Below are positions 30,190 to 47,993 of a stretch of DNA of 64,000 nucleotides, one piece after another. Made by a program: the position numbers and the translations under genes. Within the stretch, counting starts at the first letter, position 1. Each line of letters starts with the position of its first letter. Under the pieces are notes generated by a model that had not been told where the DNA came from, did no database searches, and saw only the letters and a list, made by a program, of their open reading frames with translations. The DNA comes from the human T2T-CHM13v2.0 reference genome, Homo sapiens, in NCBI RefSeq assembly GCF_009914755.1, contig NC_060929.1; one strand, 5' to 3'.

Positions 30190-31210
30190 AGGGGAGAGGT
30201 TGGGACTGAAGAGTGTGAAAGTATAGATGGAATTTATAGACGAGCTCACCTAGGAGAGAGCAGAAGAGGTCTTAGTACTTCTACGTTTATAGTTTTAGAA
30301 GATAAGGAAAAAACAGTGAAGGAGACTGAATAAGCAGCCCCTGAGGTAGAAAAAGAACTGAGAGAGTGGTGCCTCATAAGCCAAGGGAGGAAAGCGTTTT
30401 AAGAAGAAAATGTTATTGACTCAGTAGAGAGAAAAATTCGTGATGGTGGAAGAGAGTAGGAGTAACGGCAGAAGCAATGCCCTTGACTAAATGAGAGCAG
30501 ATGGGAACCATTTACAAGTGGAGGAGTTGGCCCCCAATAGGATCTTGGGTGGTTCACCATTTTGAACTGGCAGGATGGCAGGATATATAGAGTGGCAGTT
30601 GTGGTGGAGAAAACAGGATGTAGAAGTTACTCTTCTGAAGGGTTCTATTTTTTGGTGAAATTGGAACAAAGGCCAGAGCTGAGAGCAAGGAGGCAGAAGA
30701 GGTGTTTATCATTTGAAGTGAGATGTGTGAAATAGATTTTTAGGAGAGTAGGACAGTAGGGAAGTGAGAATTGCCAGGCAGTATCAAGAGCATTTTTTTA
30801 TTTTAATTTTTTTTTTTAGCTTACTAGAAATAAGTGTAAAGTGAGATCTGTTGCATGGTGGTTTGCTTTTCTCCAACAACATTGAGTTGTTCAGGCTATG
30901 CACAGGGTAGACAGTTGCATTTAAGTAGAATTGGAGTCTCACCCAGAATTTATGAAAGGAGCAAGGAAATTGAGAGCATATGTAAAAAAGCGAATTTAAT
31001 GATGAGTCTTGGAATTGAAGTTGGGTAATGAAGGAAAAGAAGACAGGAGTAGGGTGAGAGACAGTGTAAAAGTGATAGAGTCTGTAGACTGGAGGTCCTG
31101 TATTGGTCAAAAAATTGTTGATAGGGTATTGGATGGGGTGCATAAGAATCACTTGAGATGTTGATTGGAGAAGGGAATGGTGGAAAATTAAGATAATGGA
31201 GGTGTTGCAA
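30190..31210 (-). mobile_element. L2 fragment(s)
   Basis: AG-rich, with GAAGGAGACTGA...GAGGTAGAAAAAGAACTGAGAGAGTGGTG..AAGCCAAGGGAGGAAAGCGTTTTAAGAAG. Confidence 0.7.
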
Positions 31211-31229
31211 TGATTCGTTATGCTATTCC

Positions 31230-31552
31230 TCTTGCTTGGAAAGCCTCCTCAATACCTTTCATTTGGTAGTGCTTACTTATCCTTTTGGATTTAGCCTCTC
31301 CTGTCCTCTCTTACTTTGGTTTACATGCTGTTTTTATATGCTCCTAGTACGATTAGTGTGTACATTTATTACAGCAACTTTCACAGTTTCTTATAAAATT
31401 TTAATGTATTTATTTGTTTTCCTAGCTTTATTTATTTTTGTTTTGAGAGACAGGCTTTTGTCTAATTTATCTTTAGGTTCCCAATGATCAGCATAGTGCC
31501 TGACATGTATTAGGTGTTTAATAACTTTTTGGTGAAAAAAGTGAATGAATGA
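31230..31552 (+). mobile_element. L2 3' end
   Basis: GCATAGTGCCTGACATGTATTAGGTGTTTAATAA...GTGAATGAATGA. Confidence 0.65.
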
Positions 31553-32217
31553 CAACAGCCTAATTGAATTCATAACAACCTAAATCTACAGAGTTGGGGA
31601 CTATGGATTATGAGACTCATTTTGTTTATCTTCCTTCTTTGTGGATCTTCCTAGTTCAGACATATTTGAAACTTACATCTTTGGGTGTCTGTCCTTAGGA
31701 TAATCAGGACTTGCCTTTTCTCTTTTGTCCAGGACTTGCCTTTGCTTGATGGGGAGACTAGCCTATTTCTCAGTCATCTGACCCTCAAGCAAGATGTCAG
31801 AGCTTATCAAAGATCTGGGCTTCTTGATTTCAAGTCCCATGTCTCTCTCATTGTGCTGTTTAGTATTGCTTGCTTCATGTAAGTTTAATATGATACCTAG
31901 AGGTAAAGATATCTTGAGTTTATGCAGAATCTTTAAACAAAAGTCTCATTTTAAATTTTACTAAATCTCACAACTCTGTGAAGTATGAAGAGATAGAAAT
32001 GGACGCTCCCATTCTACAAGTGAAGAGATAATTGCACAAAATAGTTGAGCTACCAACTCAAGGACATACAATAAGAGTTCATATTATGTTAAAACTAATC
32101 TCTTCTTTGGCTGTTAGTACTACGTCTTACACATAGGAGTTACTCAATAAATATTTCTTTTAGATAATGATATTTAATGATGATGAGAAGCCAAATAAAA
32201 GGATTTTTAGTTCTAAG

Positions 32218-32402
32218 TTTTTTATTGATGCTTAATATTTGTAGATATTTATGGGGTATAAGTGATATTTTGTTAATATGTATGGAATACACATGCATGG
32301 AATGGGTAACAATCAAATCAGTGTATTTAAGGTATTCATCACCTCAAGTATTTATCATTTCTATGTGTTGGGAATATTTCAAGTCCTCTCTTCTAGCTAT
32401 TT
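32218..32402 (-). mobile_element. L1MA (MA4/5-like) 3' end
   Basis: CATCACCTCAAGTATTTATCATTTCTATGTGTTGGGAATATTTCAAGTCCTCTCTTCTAGCTATTTT. Confidence 0.8.
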
Positions 32403-33132
32403 TTAATTTTTTTAATTTTAATTTTTATGGGTAAGCATATATTTATGTGGAGCATATGAGAAGTTTTGATATAGACAGCGGCTGCTTATGGGGGAGCCTG
32501 CCCTAGGGATCTTGCAAATGCGTGGCATATCCACTACTGTGGGTGAAGGGGTTGCTCTCAGTAGCTTTCATTTTGGCCCTGGTGGCAGCAGCCAGAAGCG
32601 TGGAGGCTGTGGATGGGAGATATCAAAGGAGCTTTAGGGATGAAGAGATGCGGGGACTGTTGGGCCCTAGAAAAGATGAAATCTGGTAGGGGCTGGGCTT
32701 TCATATGGTGCATTGCTGTAGCTCGTTAGGTCTTGGGCAGTGTGAAGGAGGCAGCATGAGCTCCGACTCTGCACCAATACCTTTGTGTGTTCTCCAGGCA
32801 GCTCCCTATGTTAGTCTCGGTCCACGAAGACGGAGGGACTGTCTCATGGTGAGGATTACAGGAGTCCACAGTGGGAATGCAAACTGCTGGGATCTTTCCC
32901 TTACTCTTTCCCTGCACTAGGGAGCCTCTCTGGGCTCCCAGCTGTTCCTAGGACAGCAGGCTGCCTTGCTTCTCTCTCCTTCCTTGCTTTAGGTGGTTCC
33001 TGTCACTTCTCTGTTAATTCTAGTGTTCTCTCTTAGAAATCTATTCAAAGTATTCTACTCACTACTTTGATTCTTCTCTGTGGAAGATGCGAGTGCCAGA
33101 TGCCTCTATTCAGCCATCTTGAAGCTCCTCCC
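32403..33132 (-). mobile_element. Old L1 5' end (~650 bp) joined to an L1MA 3' tip (~75 bp)
   Basis: The - strand begins GGGAGGAGCTTCAAGATGGCTGAATAG (L1 5' end) at 33132. 32403-32477 resembles an L1MA 3' terminus with tail. Confidence 0.65.
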
Positions 33133-33296
33133 ACCCTAATCAGTTCTGTTATTTGGTAGTTATTTTTTCAGTGGTGTCTGTGTCCTTGATTACTATTATC
33201 ATGAAAAAGAATTTGCTACTTGCCTAAATTCAAAAGTTATTTCCAAATTCTTGACAATATTAATTTTATTGAGTTGAAACACTGTGAAAGTATAGG

Positions 33297-33459
33297 TATT
33301 CATATATATATTTTCAACATATATATGAATATATTGAAAAATATATATTCATATATTTTTGAATATATTGAAATATATATTTTCATATATTTTGTGAATA
33401 TATTTCAAAATATATATTTCAATATATTCATATATATGTTGAAAAAATATATATGAATA
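33297..33459. repeat. AT-rich inverted repeat
   Basis: Arms 33297-33346 and 33410-33459 are reverse complements with 2 mismatches in 50. Confidence 0.88.
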
Positions 33460-33590
33460 AATTGGGCCTATATATACTCTAAATAGTGGAATAAATTGGG
33501 CTCATATATACTCTAAATAGTGGAATAAAAATATAAATAGTGGAATAATTGGGCTTATATATACTCTAAATAGTGGAATAAAAATATAAA
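33455..33590 (+). repeat. 34-bp minisatellite, ~3 copies plus partials
   Basis: Unit GAATAAATTGGGCYYATATATACTCTAAATAGTG. Confidence 0.92.
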
Positions 33591-34129
33591 GCCAACAGAA
33601 CACCACCTAATTAATTTGGTCTAAGTAAAGTGGGAAGTTTACTTAGATTAAAAGTTGGATAAATAAAAAACATTCCCAGAGTATTTTGGAAAAAATATAA
33701 TACTGGTTTTGTGACTTTGAAGTGCCTAAAAATACTAGGCTACTAAATGAGGCTACTAAAATACTGCTAATGAAAGATTCTCAGGGGGTTTGCATTAAAT
33801 TAATGGATCAGAATATTTAACACAATTACTATGTTAGTCTGTGAATAAATAAGTGGTGATACATTCTTCAGATTTGATTTCAAAACAAAACATAGCAAGA
33901 GCTAACAACTTTGAAGAATTTATATTTGATATCAGTTGTTTTTTTCATTCATCAAAGATTGATTTTCTATGTATGGCAGGATGTAGGTTAAGGTACTGGG
34001 GATACACAGATGAATGAGATATAACCTTTACTAACTTGGAGCTTGTGTTTTTATTCTTTGATAGATAATATGCTTAAGAGCTTATACAGTAATTGTAATG
34101 CAGAATCCTTAATACAAATGAATGATAAA

Positions 34130-34372
34130 GTCTAATGGTTAAGAGTAAGGGTTCGTGAATCTGACCACTGACCTGTTATACCAATTCCTCTATGTACTAG
34201 CTATGTGAACTCCAGGAAGAATTGAGATTTTTAAGCCTCAGTTTCCTTGTTATACAGTGGAAATAGTAGTAGTATCCTCTTTTTAGGGTTATCAGGATAA
34301 TACTAGTTAATGCATTTTAGGCATTTATTAATACATGTTGAATGCTCAATATATATTAGCTATTTTTATTAT
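34130..34372 (+). mobile_element. MIR
   Basis: AATGGTTAAGAGT...TACTAGCTATGTGAACT...AAGCCTCAGTTTCCTT...ATGCTCAATATATATTAGCTATT. Confidence 0.8.
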
Positions 34373-35049
34373 TAATACAAACTTCTACAGTGTTTTCAGA
34401 ATGCCAAAGGAGCAACTAACTGAAGATATATCTACACTATTACCTGGTTCCATAAATGGTAAGTTTGCAAAACAATACGTAAAAGCCTATCCAAATTATT
34501 ATGCATCATAAGTGACCATATTAATAAATTGATAAAGTTATACTACATAAAAATGGCAGTGTAGAATTGGGATACACAATAGTTAAGGAGAATCAAGTAT
34601 GTACATGACACAAAAGAAAAGGTATATGTACTTTAGAGTTGAGATAATGGATTAGCACATGGGCATAGGCCAAGGGAATTGCACACCAGGCTGGGCAGGA
34701 ATTGATGGGAAGAAATCAAAGTCATGTGGCAAAGGAACTGATGGAAATTTCATGAAATGGTAGTAGGAAATAGAGAATTGCAATTTACACTGACCAACTG
34801 ATTGTTCTCTTCACTCAAGGCATTTTCAGTAATGTAATTTTGCCTTTTGTTTGTAGAAATATCCATTTCTACCGCATTGAGGAGACATGTATTCAGCATT
34901 GATAAATGATTTATAAAGTGCTCATGTTTTGTTATGAATAGTAAATAGTCTTAAAATGGTTTGTTGCATTCCTTTTTAGTTTTCTAGCAAAGTAGTTTTG
35001 GAGCTTCTTATCTTAATTGGATAGAACATTTCATCACTCTAATTCATGT

Positions 35050-35290
35050 AACAGTTACTATTTTTTAGTACTTATGTGTTTTACTAAGCACTTGTATATA
35101 TGTGTAAAATTTTCTTAAATTTTTACAAAAGTCCTATTAAATAGGCATTTTCATATCCACTTGACAAATGAGGGAAGTGAAACGTGGAGAAGTTTAACAT
35201 CCTGCCAATGGGATATACACCTGGTCAAGACATAAAAGTAGGATTTAAATGCAGGTTTATCTGACTCCCAAATCTGTGCGCTTTCTGCAG
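35050..35290 (-). mobile_element. MIR
   Basis: ATCCACTTGACAAATGAGGGAAGTGAA...GGATTTAAATGCAGGTTTATCTGACTCC. Confidence 0.7.
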
Positions 35291-36626
35291 TGTTTTTTCA
35301 GAAGTTGATTTTTTATCATTTATAATGGCATCGTTGTGTTCTTATAGCTGATCTTTGTGTCGCAGTATTGTTTTTTCCATATTCTTTTTTCAACAGCACC
35401 AAACTTTTTTTTTTTTAAGAGATTTAAGTTGTTTGGGGAATCGCTTGATAGTGTTGCTGTTTGCACATCCAGCCCAGTAGGCCTGAAGCATCAGAGGACT
35501 GCAAAGTCTTCACATGCCCTTTCTGTGTGTTCGTCCATAGGAAAAGCAGTGGTGCCAGAAAGGGGCTCTAAATCCAGTTTATGAATCTTGGAAATGTCTC
35601 ATTTTAAAATCAGCTTTGACATTTAAAGGTTGTCATTGTATTGGAACATCTGCATTAAGGGTCCTGACAAACACAGTTCTCATCTGACAAAAATAAACCC
35701 AATATTACCTTAAACCAGGCTAGCCCACACACTGAATAGTTTTATGATGTCACTAGCCTGTGGAACCAACTGATGCACATGGTCTATAATTTTTGGGTCT
35801 TATTCAATCCTTTATTTCCTTGGCCTGGAGGCAATTGGGATATGCATCGAGTAAGGAGAATGGGAGATGAACAGAGCATCATGTAAATATGTCAAATGTG
35901 TGGAATGTGTGCTTCTTACACATAATAGGGAAGACTGGTTAGCACAAGTTCTGGATAGCATTCCTGACAATTGAAAATGTCACACCTGAACTCAACCAAG
36001 AGTTTAAAGTATCTTTTTATTATGGAATTTTTTAAACATCCATGAAAGTATAGTTAGTATACTTAACTCCAATATATCCATTACTCAGTTTCAACAATTG
36101 TCGACAATTATCAATTTTAAGTAACGTCTTCCTCAATCCCTTGACTTGGTTCTCTTTCCCCCAACAATTTTATCTATGAATTAGTCATTTATAGATAAAA
36201 CAATATTATTTTATCTGTAAATACTTCAGTAGGTATTGCTAACAGATAAGGGCTGAAAAACATAACCACGATACTATTGTTATACCTAACAAAAATAACA
36301 CCAATTCCTTAATATCACTTAAAATGTAAGGCTTTTTAAAAATTTCCCAATTTTCTCAGAAATATCTTTTCCAGTTGGTTTATTAGAAGTGGGATTTAAG
36401 TAAAGACCACATTTATATTTAGTTGATATGTCTGTTTTCTTCAGTTTGTAACAGGTTCTCTTCCCCTCATCTCCCTTTTTCTTAATGCCATTACTTTGTT
36501 GAAGAAATCAGGTTGCTGGTGTCATCATTTAACATTCCTCACTCTGGATTTGGCTGATGGCTTCTTCATGGTGTCATCTAGTTTGTTCCTTTATCCCTCA
36601 TACTTCCTGTAAATTTGTTGCATTAG

Positions 36627-36734
36627 AGATCTAGAGATATAATTATATTCAAGTTCTAGAATATAAGAACTATAGACAATTATATTCAAATTCTAGAATA
36701 TAAGATCTAGAGACTTAATTACATTCAAGTCCAG
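36627..36734 (+). repeat. ~38-bp tandem repeat, 2.8 copies
   Basis: Unit AGATCTAGAGATATAATTATATTCAAGTTCTAGAATATA. Confidence 0.88.
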
Positions 36735-37079
36735 TTTTTTTGAAACTAGTTCATAGGAAGCTCTGTGTACTTATTCTTTACATTATGAGGTGTATGATGT
36801 CAAGTTGTCCTACTCTTAATGATGTTAATGTTGATTAGTTGGTTCAAGTGTGTTTTTTTCAAATTTTATTATTATTGTACTTTAAGTTTTAGGGTACATG
36901 TGCACAACGTGCAGGTTTGTTACATATGTATACATGTGCCATGTTGGTGTGCTGCACCGATTAACTCGTCATTTAGCATTAGGTATATCTCCTAATGCTA
37001 TCCCTCCCCCCAACCCCCACATCACAACAGTCCCCGGCTTGTGATGTTCCCCTTCCTGTGTCCATGTGTTCTCATTGTG

Positions 37080-42894
<5,815 letters not shown>

Positions 42895-42957
42895 TATGAA
42901 GTTAGCTGGTTATTTTGCTCCTTAGTTGATGCAGTTTCTTCCTAGCCTTGATGGTCT

Positions 42958-43956
42958 TTAGAATTTGGTATGTTTTTGCAGTGGCTGGTACCAGTTGTTC
43001 CTTTCCATGTTTAGTGTTTCCTTCAGGAGCTCTTTTAGGGCAGGCCTAGTGGTGAAAAAATCTCTCAGCATTTGCTTGTCTATAAAGGATTTTATTTCTC
43101 CTTCATTTATGAAGCTTAGTTTGGCTGGATATGAGATTCTGGGTTGAAAATTCTTTTCTTTAAGAATGTTGAATATTGGTCCCCACTCTCTTCTGGCTTG
43201 TAGAGTTTCTGCCAAGAGATCAGCTGTTAGTCTGATGGGCTCCCCTTTGTGAGTAACCCAACCTTTCTCTCTGGCTGCCCTTAACATTTTTTCCTTCATT
43301 TCAACTTTGGTGAATCTGACAATTATGTGTCTTGGAGTTACCCTTCTTGAGGAGTATCTTTGTGGCATTCTCTGTATTTCCTGAATTTGAATGTTGGCCT
43401 GCCTTGCTAGATTGGGGAAATTCTCCTGGATAATATCCTGCAGAGTGTTTTCCAACTTGGTTCCATTCTCCCCGTCACTTTCAGGTACACCAATCAGATG
43501 TGGATTTGATCTTTTCACATAGTCCCATATTTCTTGGAGGCTTTGTTCATTTCCTTTTAGTCTTTTTTCTCTAAACTTCTCTTCACGCTTCATTTCATTC
43601 ATCTTCCATCACTGATACCCTTTCTTCCAGTTGATTGCATCGGCTCCTGAGGCTTCTACATTCTTCACGTAGTTCTAGAGCCTTGGTTTTCAGCTCCATC
43701 AGCTCCTTTAAGCACTTCTCTGTAATGGTTATTCTAGTTATCCATTCATCTAATTTTTTTTCAAAGCTTTTAACTTCTTTGCCATTCGTTCGAATTTCCT
43801 CCTGTAGCTCAGAGTAGTTTGATTGTCTGAAGCCTTCTTCTCTCAACTCGTCAAAGTCATTCTCCATCCAGCTTTGTGAGGAGCTGTGTTTCTTTGGAGG
43901 AAGAGAGATGCTCTGATTTTTAGTTTCCAGTTTTTCTGCTCTGGTTTTTTTCCCAT
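42958..43956 (-). pseudogene. L1 #2 ORF1, frameshifted
   Basis: ATG at 43956; split into 43595-43867 and 42958-43602 by a small deletion near 43598, with further indels near the 5' end. Confidence 0.92.
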
Positions 43957-45030
43957 CTGCGTGGTTTTATTTACCTTTGGTCTTTGATGATGGTGGCGTA
44001 CAGATGGGTTTTTGGTGTGGATGTCCTTTCTGTTTGTTAGTTTTCCTTCTAACAGACAGGACCCTCAGCTGCAGGTCTGTTGGAGTTTGCTAGAGGTCCA
44101 CTCCAGACCCTGTTTGCCTGGGTATCTGCAGCAGTGGCTGCACAACAGCGGATATTGGTGAACCGCAGATGCTGCTGCCTGATGGTTCCTCTGGAAGTTT
44201 TGTCTCAGAGGAGTACCCGGCCATGTGAGGTGTCAGTCCACCCCTACTGGGGGGTGCCTCCCAATTAGGGTACTTGGGGGTCAGGGCCCCGCTTGAGGAG
44301 GCAGTCTGCCCGATCTCAGATCTCAAGCTGCATGCTCAGAGAACCACTACTCTCTTCAAAGCTGTCAGAGAGGGACATTTAGGTCTGCAGAAGTTACTGC
44401 TGTCTTTTTGTTTATCTGTGCCCTGCCCCCAGATGTGGAGCCTACAGAGGCAGGCAGGCCTCCTTGAGCTGTGGTGGGCTCCACCCAGTTCGAGCTTCCA
44501 GGCCGCTTTGTTTACCTAATCAAACAACTAACTCAGCAATGGCGGGCTCCCCTCCCTTAGCCTCGCTGCCACCTTGCTGTTTGATCTCAGACTGCTGTGC
44601 TAGCAATGAGTGAGACTCTGTGGGTGTAGGACCCTCCGAGCCAGGTCCGGGATATAATCTGGTGTGCCATTTTTTTAAGCCCCTTGGAAAACGCAGTATT
44701 AGGGTGGGAGTGACTCAATTTTCCAGGTGCCATCTGTCACCGCTTTCTTTGACTAGGAAAGGGAATTCCTTGACCCCTTGTGTTTCCCGGGTGAAGCGAT
44801 GCCTCACCCTGCTTCTGCTCGTGCATGGTGCGCTGCACCCACTGTCCTGCATCTACGGTCTGGCACTCCCCAGTGAGATGAACCTGGTACCTCAGTTGGA
44901 AATGCAGAAATCACCCATCTTCTGTGTCACTCACGCTGGGAGCTGTAGACCGGAGCTGTTCCTATTCGGCCATCTTGGCTCCTCCCCCATAGCTAGTGGT
45001 TCAAGTGTTTTCTGTTTGATCCCCATTTTA

Positions 45031-45460
<430 letters not shown>

Positions 45461-46589
45461 TACATTAGAGTAGAAATTCTTTTCCTTATTAACAGTTTGG
45501 TTACTCTCAAGTAGAATTTGTGGAAAAAAACAAGATAAATAATTATTTCCCTTTACTGTTAGTTTATTATTTCAGAATAATGAATTGGAGACCTAGAAAT
45601 TAAATGATAACCAAGTAGGTAATTGTCATTTTTTTCTGTACTTGTAAATTTATGGATCTTTATATATTTGATATGCGTGTGTGTTTTATGCTCAAAATTT
45701 CTTTGCTCTGTGAGTCCTCTTCAGCCAGTGAGTCAATTTGAGTTGGTTTCTATGTTATTCTAGCATGACCCTGGTAGTTTCTGACAGCTTTCTTGATTTC
45801 TGGCATGATAGGTTCTCAGACTTATCTTGTACATTACTTGCCCAACTTAAAAGTGGTGTTTAGAGATCTGTGTGTTTGGTGTGCTTATTGCCACTGAGTT
45901 GTTATTATTCCCAAGCTTTTACAGTGGTCAGAGCTAATTAGTAAACATTTGTTTTTTAGAAAGAGAAAAGTAATTATTTTATTGTGATATTTTATATTCA
46001 AATGTAAGATTATAGGACTTTTATTTAATCATTTTGATTTTACAAGGGCATCTTTTTTCTTTTACACTGAATCATGATTCCTAATGATATTAATATATTA
46101 TTTATTTTATCCGAATATACATAGTATTCAGGTTTTAAAAAATATACTTATATAGTAATTTCAAAATAACAATTATGTTGCTACTACTAATGGCATGACA
46201 TTTAATGCAGTTTAAGATTTTGGGGGGGTTCTTTGTGTCCTTAGGATATATTCCACCACTGATGTACAATACAGATACTACATTTAAGCTATTCCATCAA
46301 CTTTATGTACAATTAGGTTTATTTATTTATTTAAAACAGCTTGATTTTATCTTGCAGTTTTCACTTGTAGAATATACACCAATAAGGATATACAAATGAT
46401 TGTCTTTTAAAGTCACTTGAAAAAAATAATTCTCTGTACAGATAATCTACCAACTTGTTGGTTAAATTTATTTGCTTTAGAGTTGCAAGGTACTTATTTT
46501 AATTTTTAATTTTTTTAAAAAAATTATTTGTAAAATCTGATAAGTAAATATTATAAATATGTTGTATAACATGTTTATATATATATGTA

Positions 46590-46830
46590 TATGCAATGTG
46601 GAATGACTAAGCTATTTTACATAAGCATTACCTCACATACTTATTTCTTTGTGGTGAGAACGCTTAAATCTACTCACTTAGCAATTTTCAAATATATAGT
46701 ATACTGTTATTAACTGTAGTCACCATGATATACAGTAGATCTCTTGAACTTATTTCTCCTGTCTAAACAAAATTTTGTTTCCTTTGACCGACATCTCCCC
46801 AATCTCTCCACCCCTCAGCCTCACTCTCTG
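46590..46830 (-). mobile_element. L1MA (MA7-9-like) 3' fragment
   Basis: TTTGTGGTGAGAACGCTTAAATCTACTCACTTAGCAATTTTCAA...AGATCTCTTGAACTTATT. Confidence 0.8.
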
Positions 46831-47542
46831 TTTTTTTTTGTTGTTGTTTGTTTCAACTTATTTTAAGTTCAGGGGTACATGTGCGTTATGTGCAGGTTTG
46901 TTACATAGGGAAACATGTGCCATGGTGGATTGTTACAAAGATCATCCCATCACCAAGGTATTAAGCCCAGCATCCATTAGCTATTCTTCCTGATGCTCTC
47001 CCTTCCTGACACACTACCCCTGACAGGCCCCAGTGTGTGTTATTTCTTCCACCTAATGTGTCCATGTGTTCTCATCATTCAGCTCCCACTTATAAGTGAG
47101 AACATGAAGTGTTTGGTTTTCTGTTCCTGCTGAGGATAATAGCTTCCAGCTTGATCCATGTCCCTACAAAGGACATGATCTCATTCCTTTTTATGGCTAC
47201 ATAGTATTCCACAGTGTATATGTACCACATTTTCTTTATCCAGTCCACTATTGATGGACACCAAGGTTGATTCTACATCTTTGCTATTGTGAAGAGTGCT
47301 GCAATGAACATATGTGTGCATGTATCTTTATAATAGAATGATTTATATTCCTTTGGGTATATACCCAGTAATGGGAGTGCTGGGTTGTATAGTATTTCTG
47401 CCTTTAGGTCTTTGAGGAGTCACCACACTGTCTTCCACATGGTTGAATTAATGTACACTCCTACCAACAGTGTAAAAGTGTTCCTTTTTCTCCACAACCT
47501 TGATAGCATCTGTTGTTTTTTGACTGTTTTTCCTTTTCTTAA

Positions 47543-47689
<147 letters not shown>

Positions 47690-47993
47690 GTTTTTTGACT
47701 TTTTAATAATCACCATTCTGACCGGCATGAGATGGTATCTCATTGCAGTCTTGATTTGCATTTCTCTAATGATCAATGATGTTAAGCTTTTCTTTTCATA
47801 TGTTTGTTGGCCACATGTATGTATTCTTTTGAAAAGTGTCTGTTCATGTCCTTTGCCCACTTTTTAATGGGGTTGTTTGTTTTGCTTATAGATTTGTTTA
47901 AGTTCCTTGTAGACTCTAGATATTAGGCCTTTGTCAGATGGATAGATCTACAAAAATTTTCTCCTATTCTGTAGGTTGTCTGTTTGCACTGAC

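Noticed and set aside
33455-36734. CRISPR-like arrays at the 34-bp and 38-bp repeats
   Set aside because: These are head-to-tail tandem units without unique spacers, in human DNA with no cas genes.
19630-36839. Spacer is already inverted in this haplotype
   Set aside because: Both L1s have matching 5'/3' TSDs and their hosts (Tigger1, L1MC) read continuously across them.
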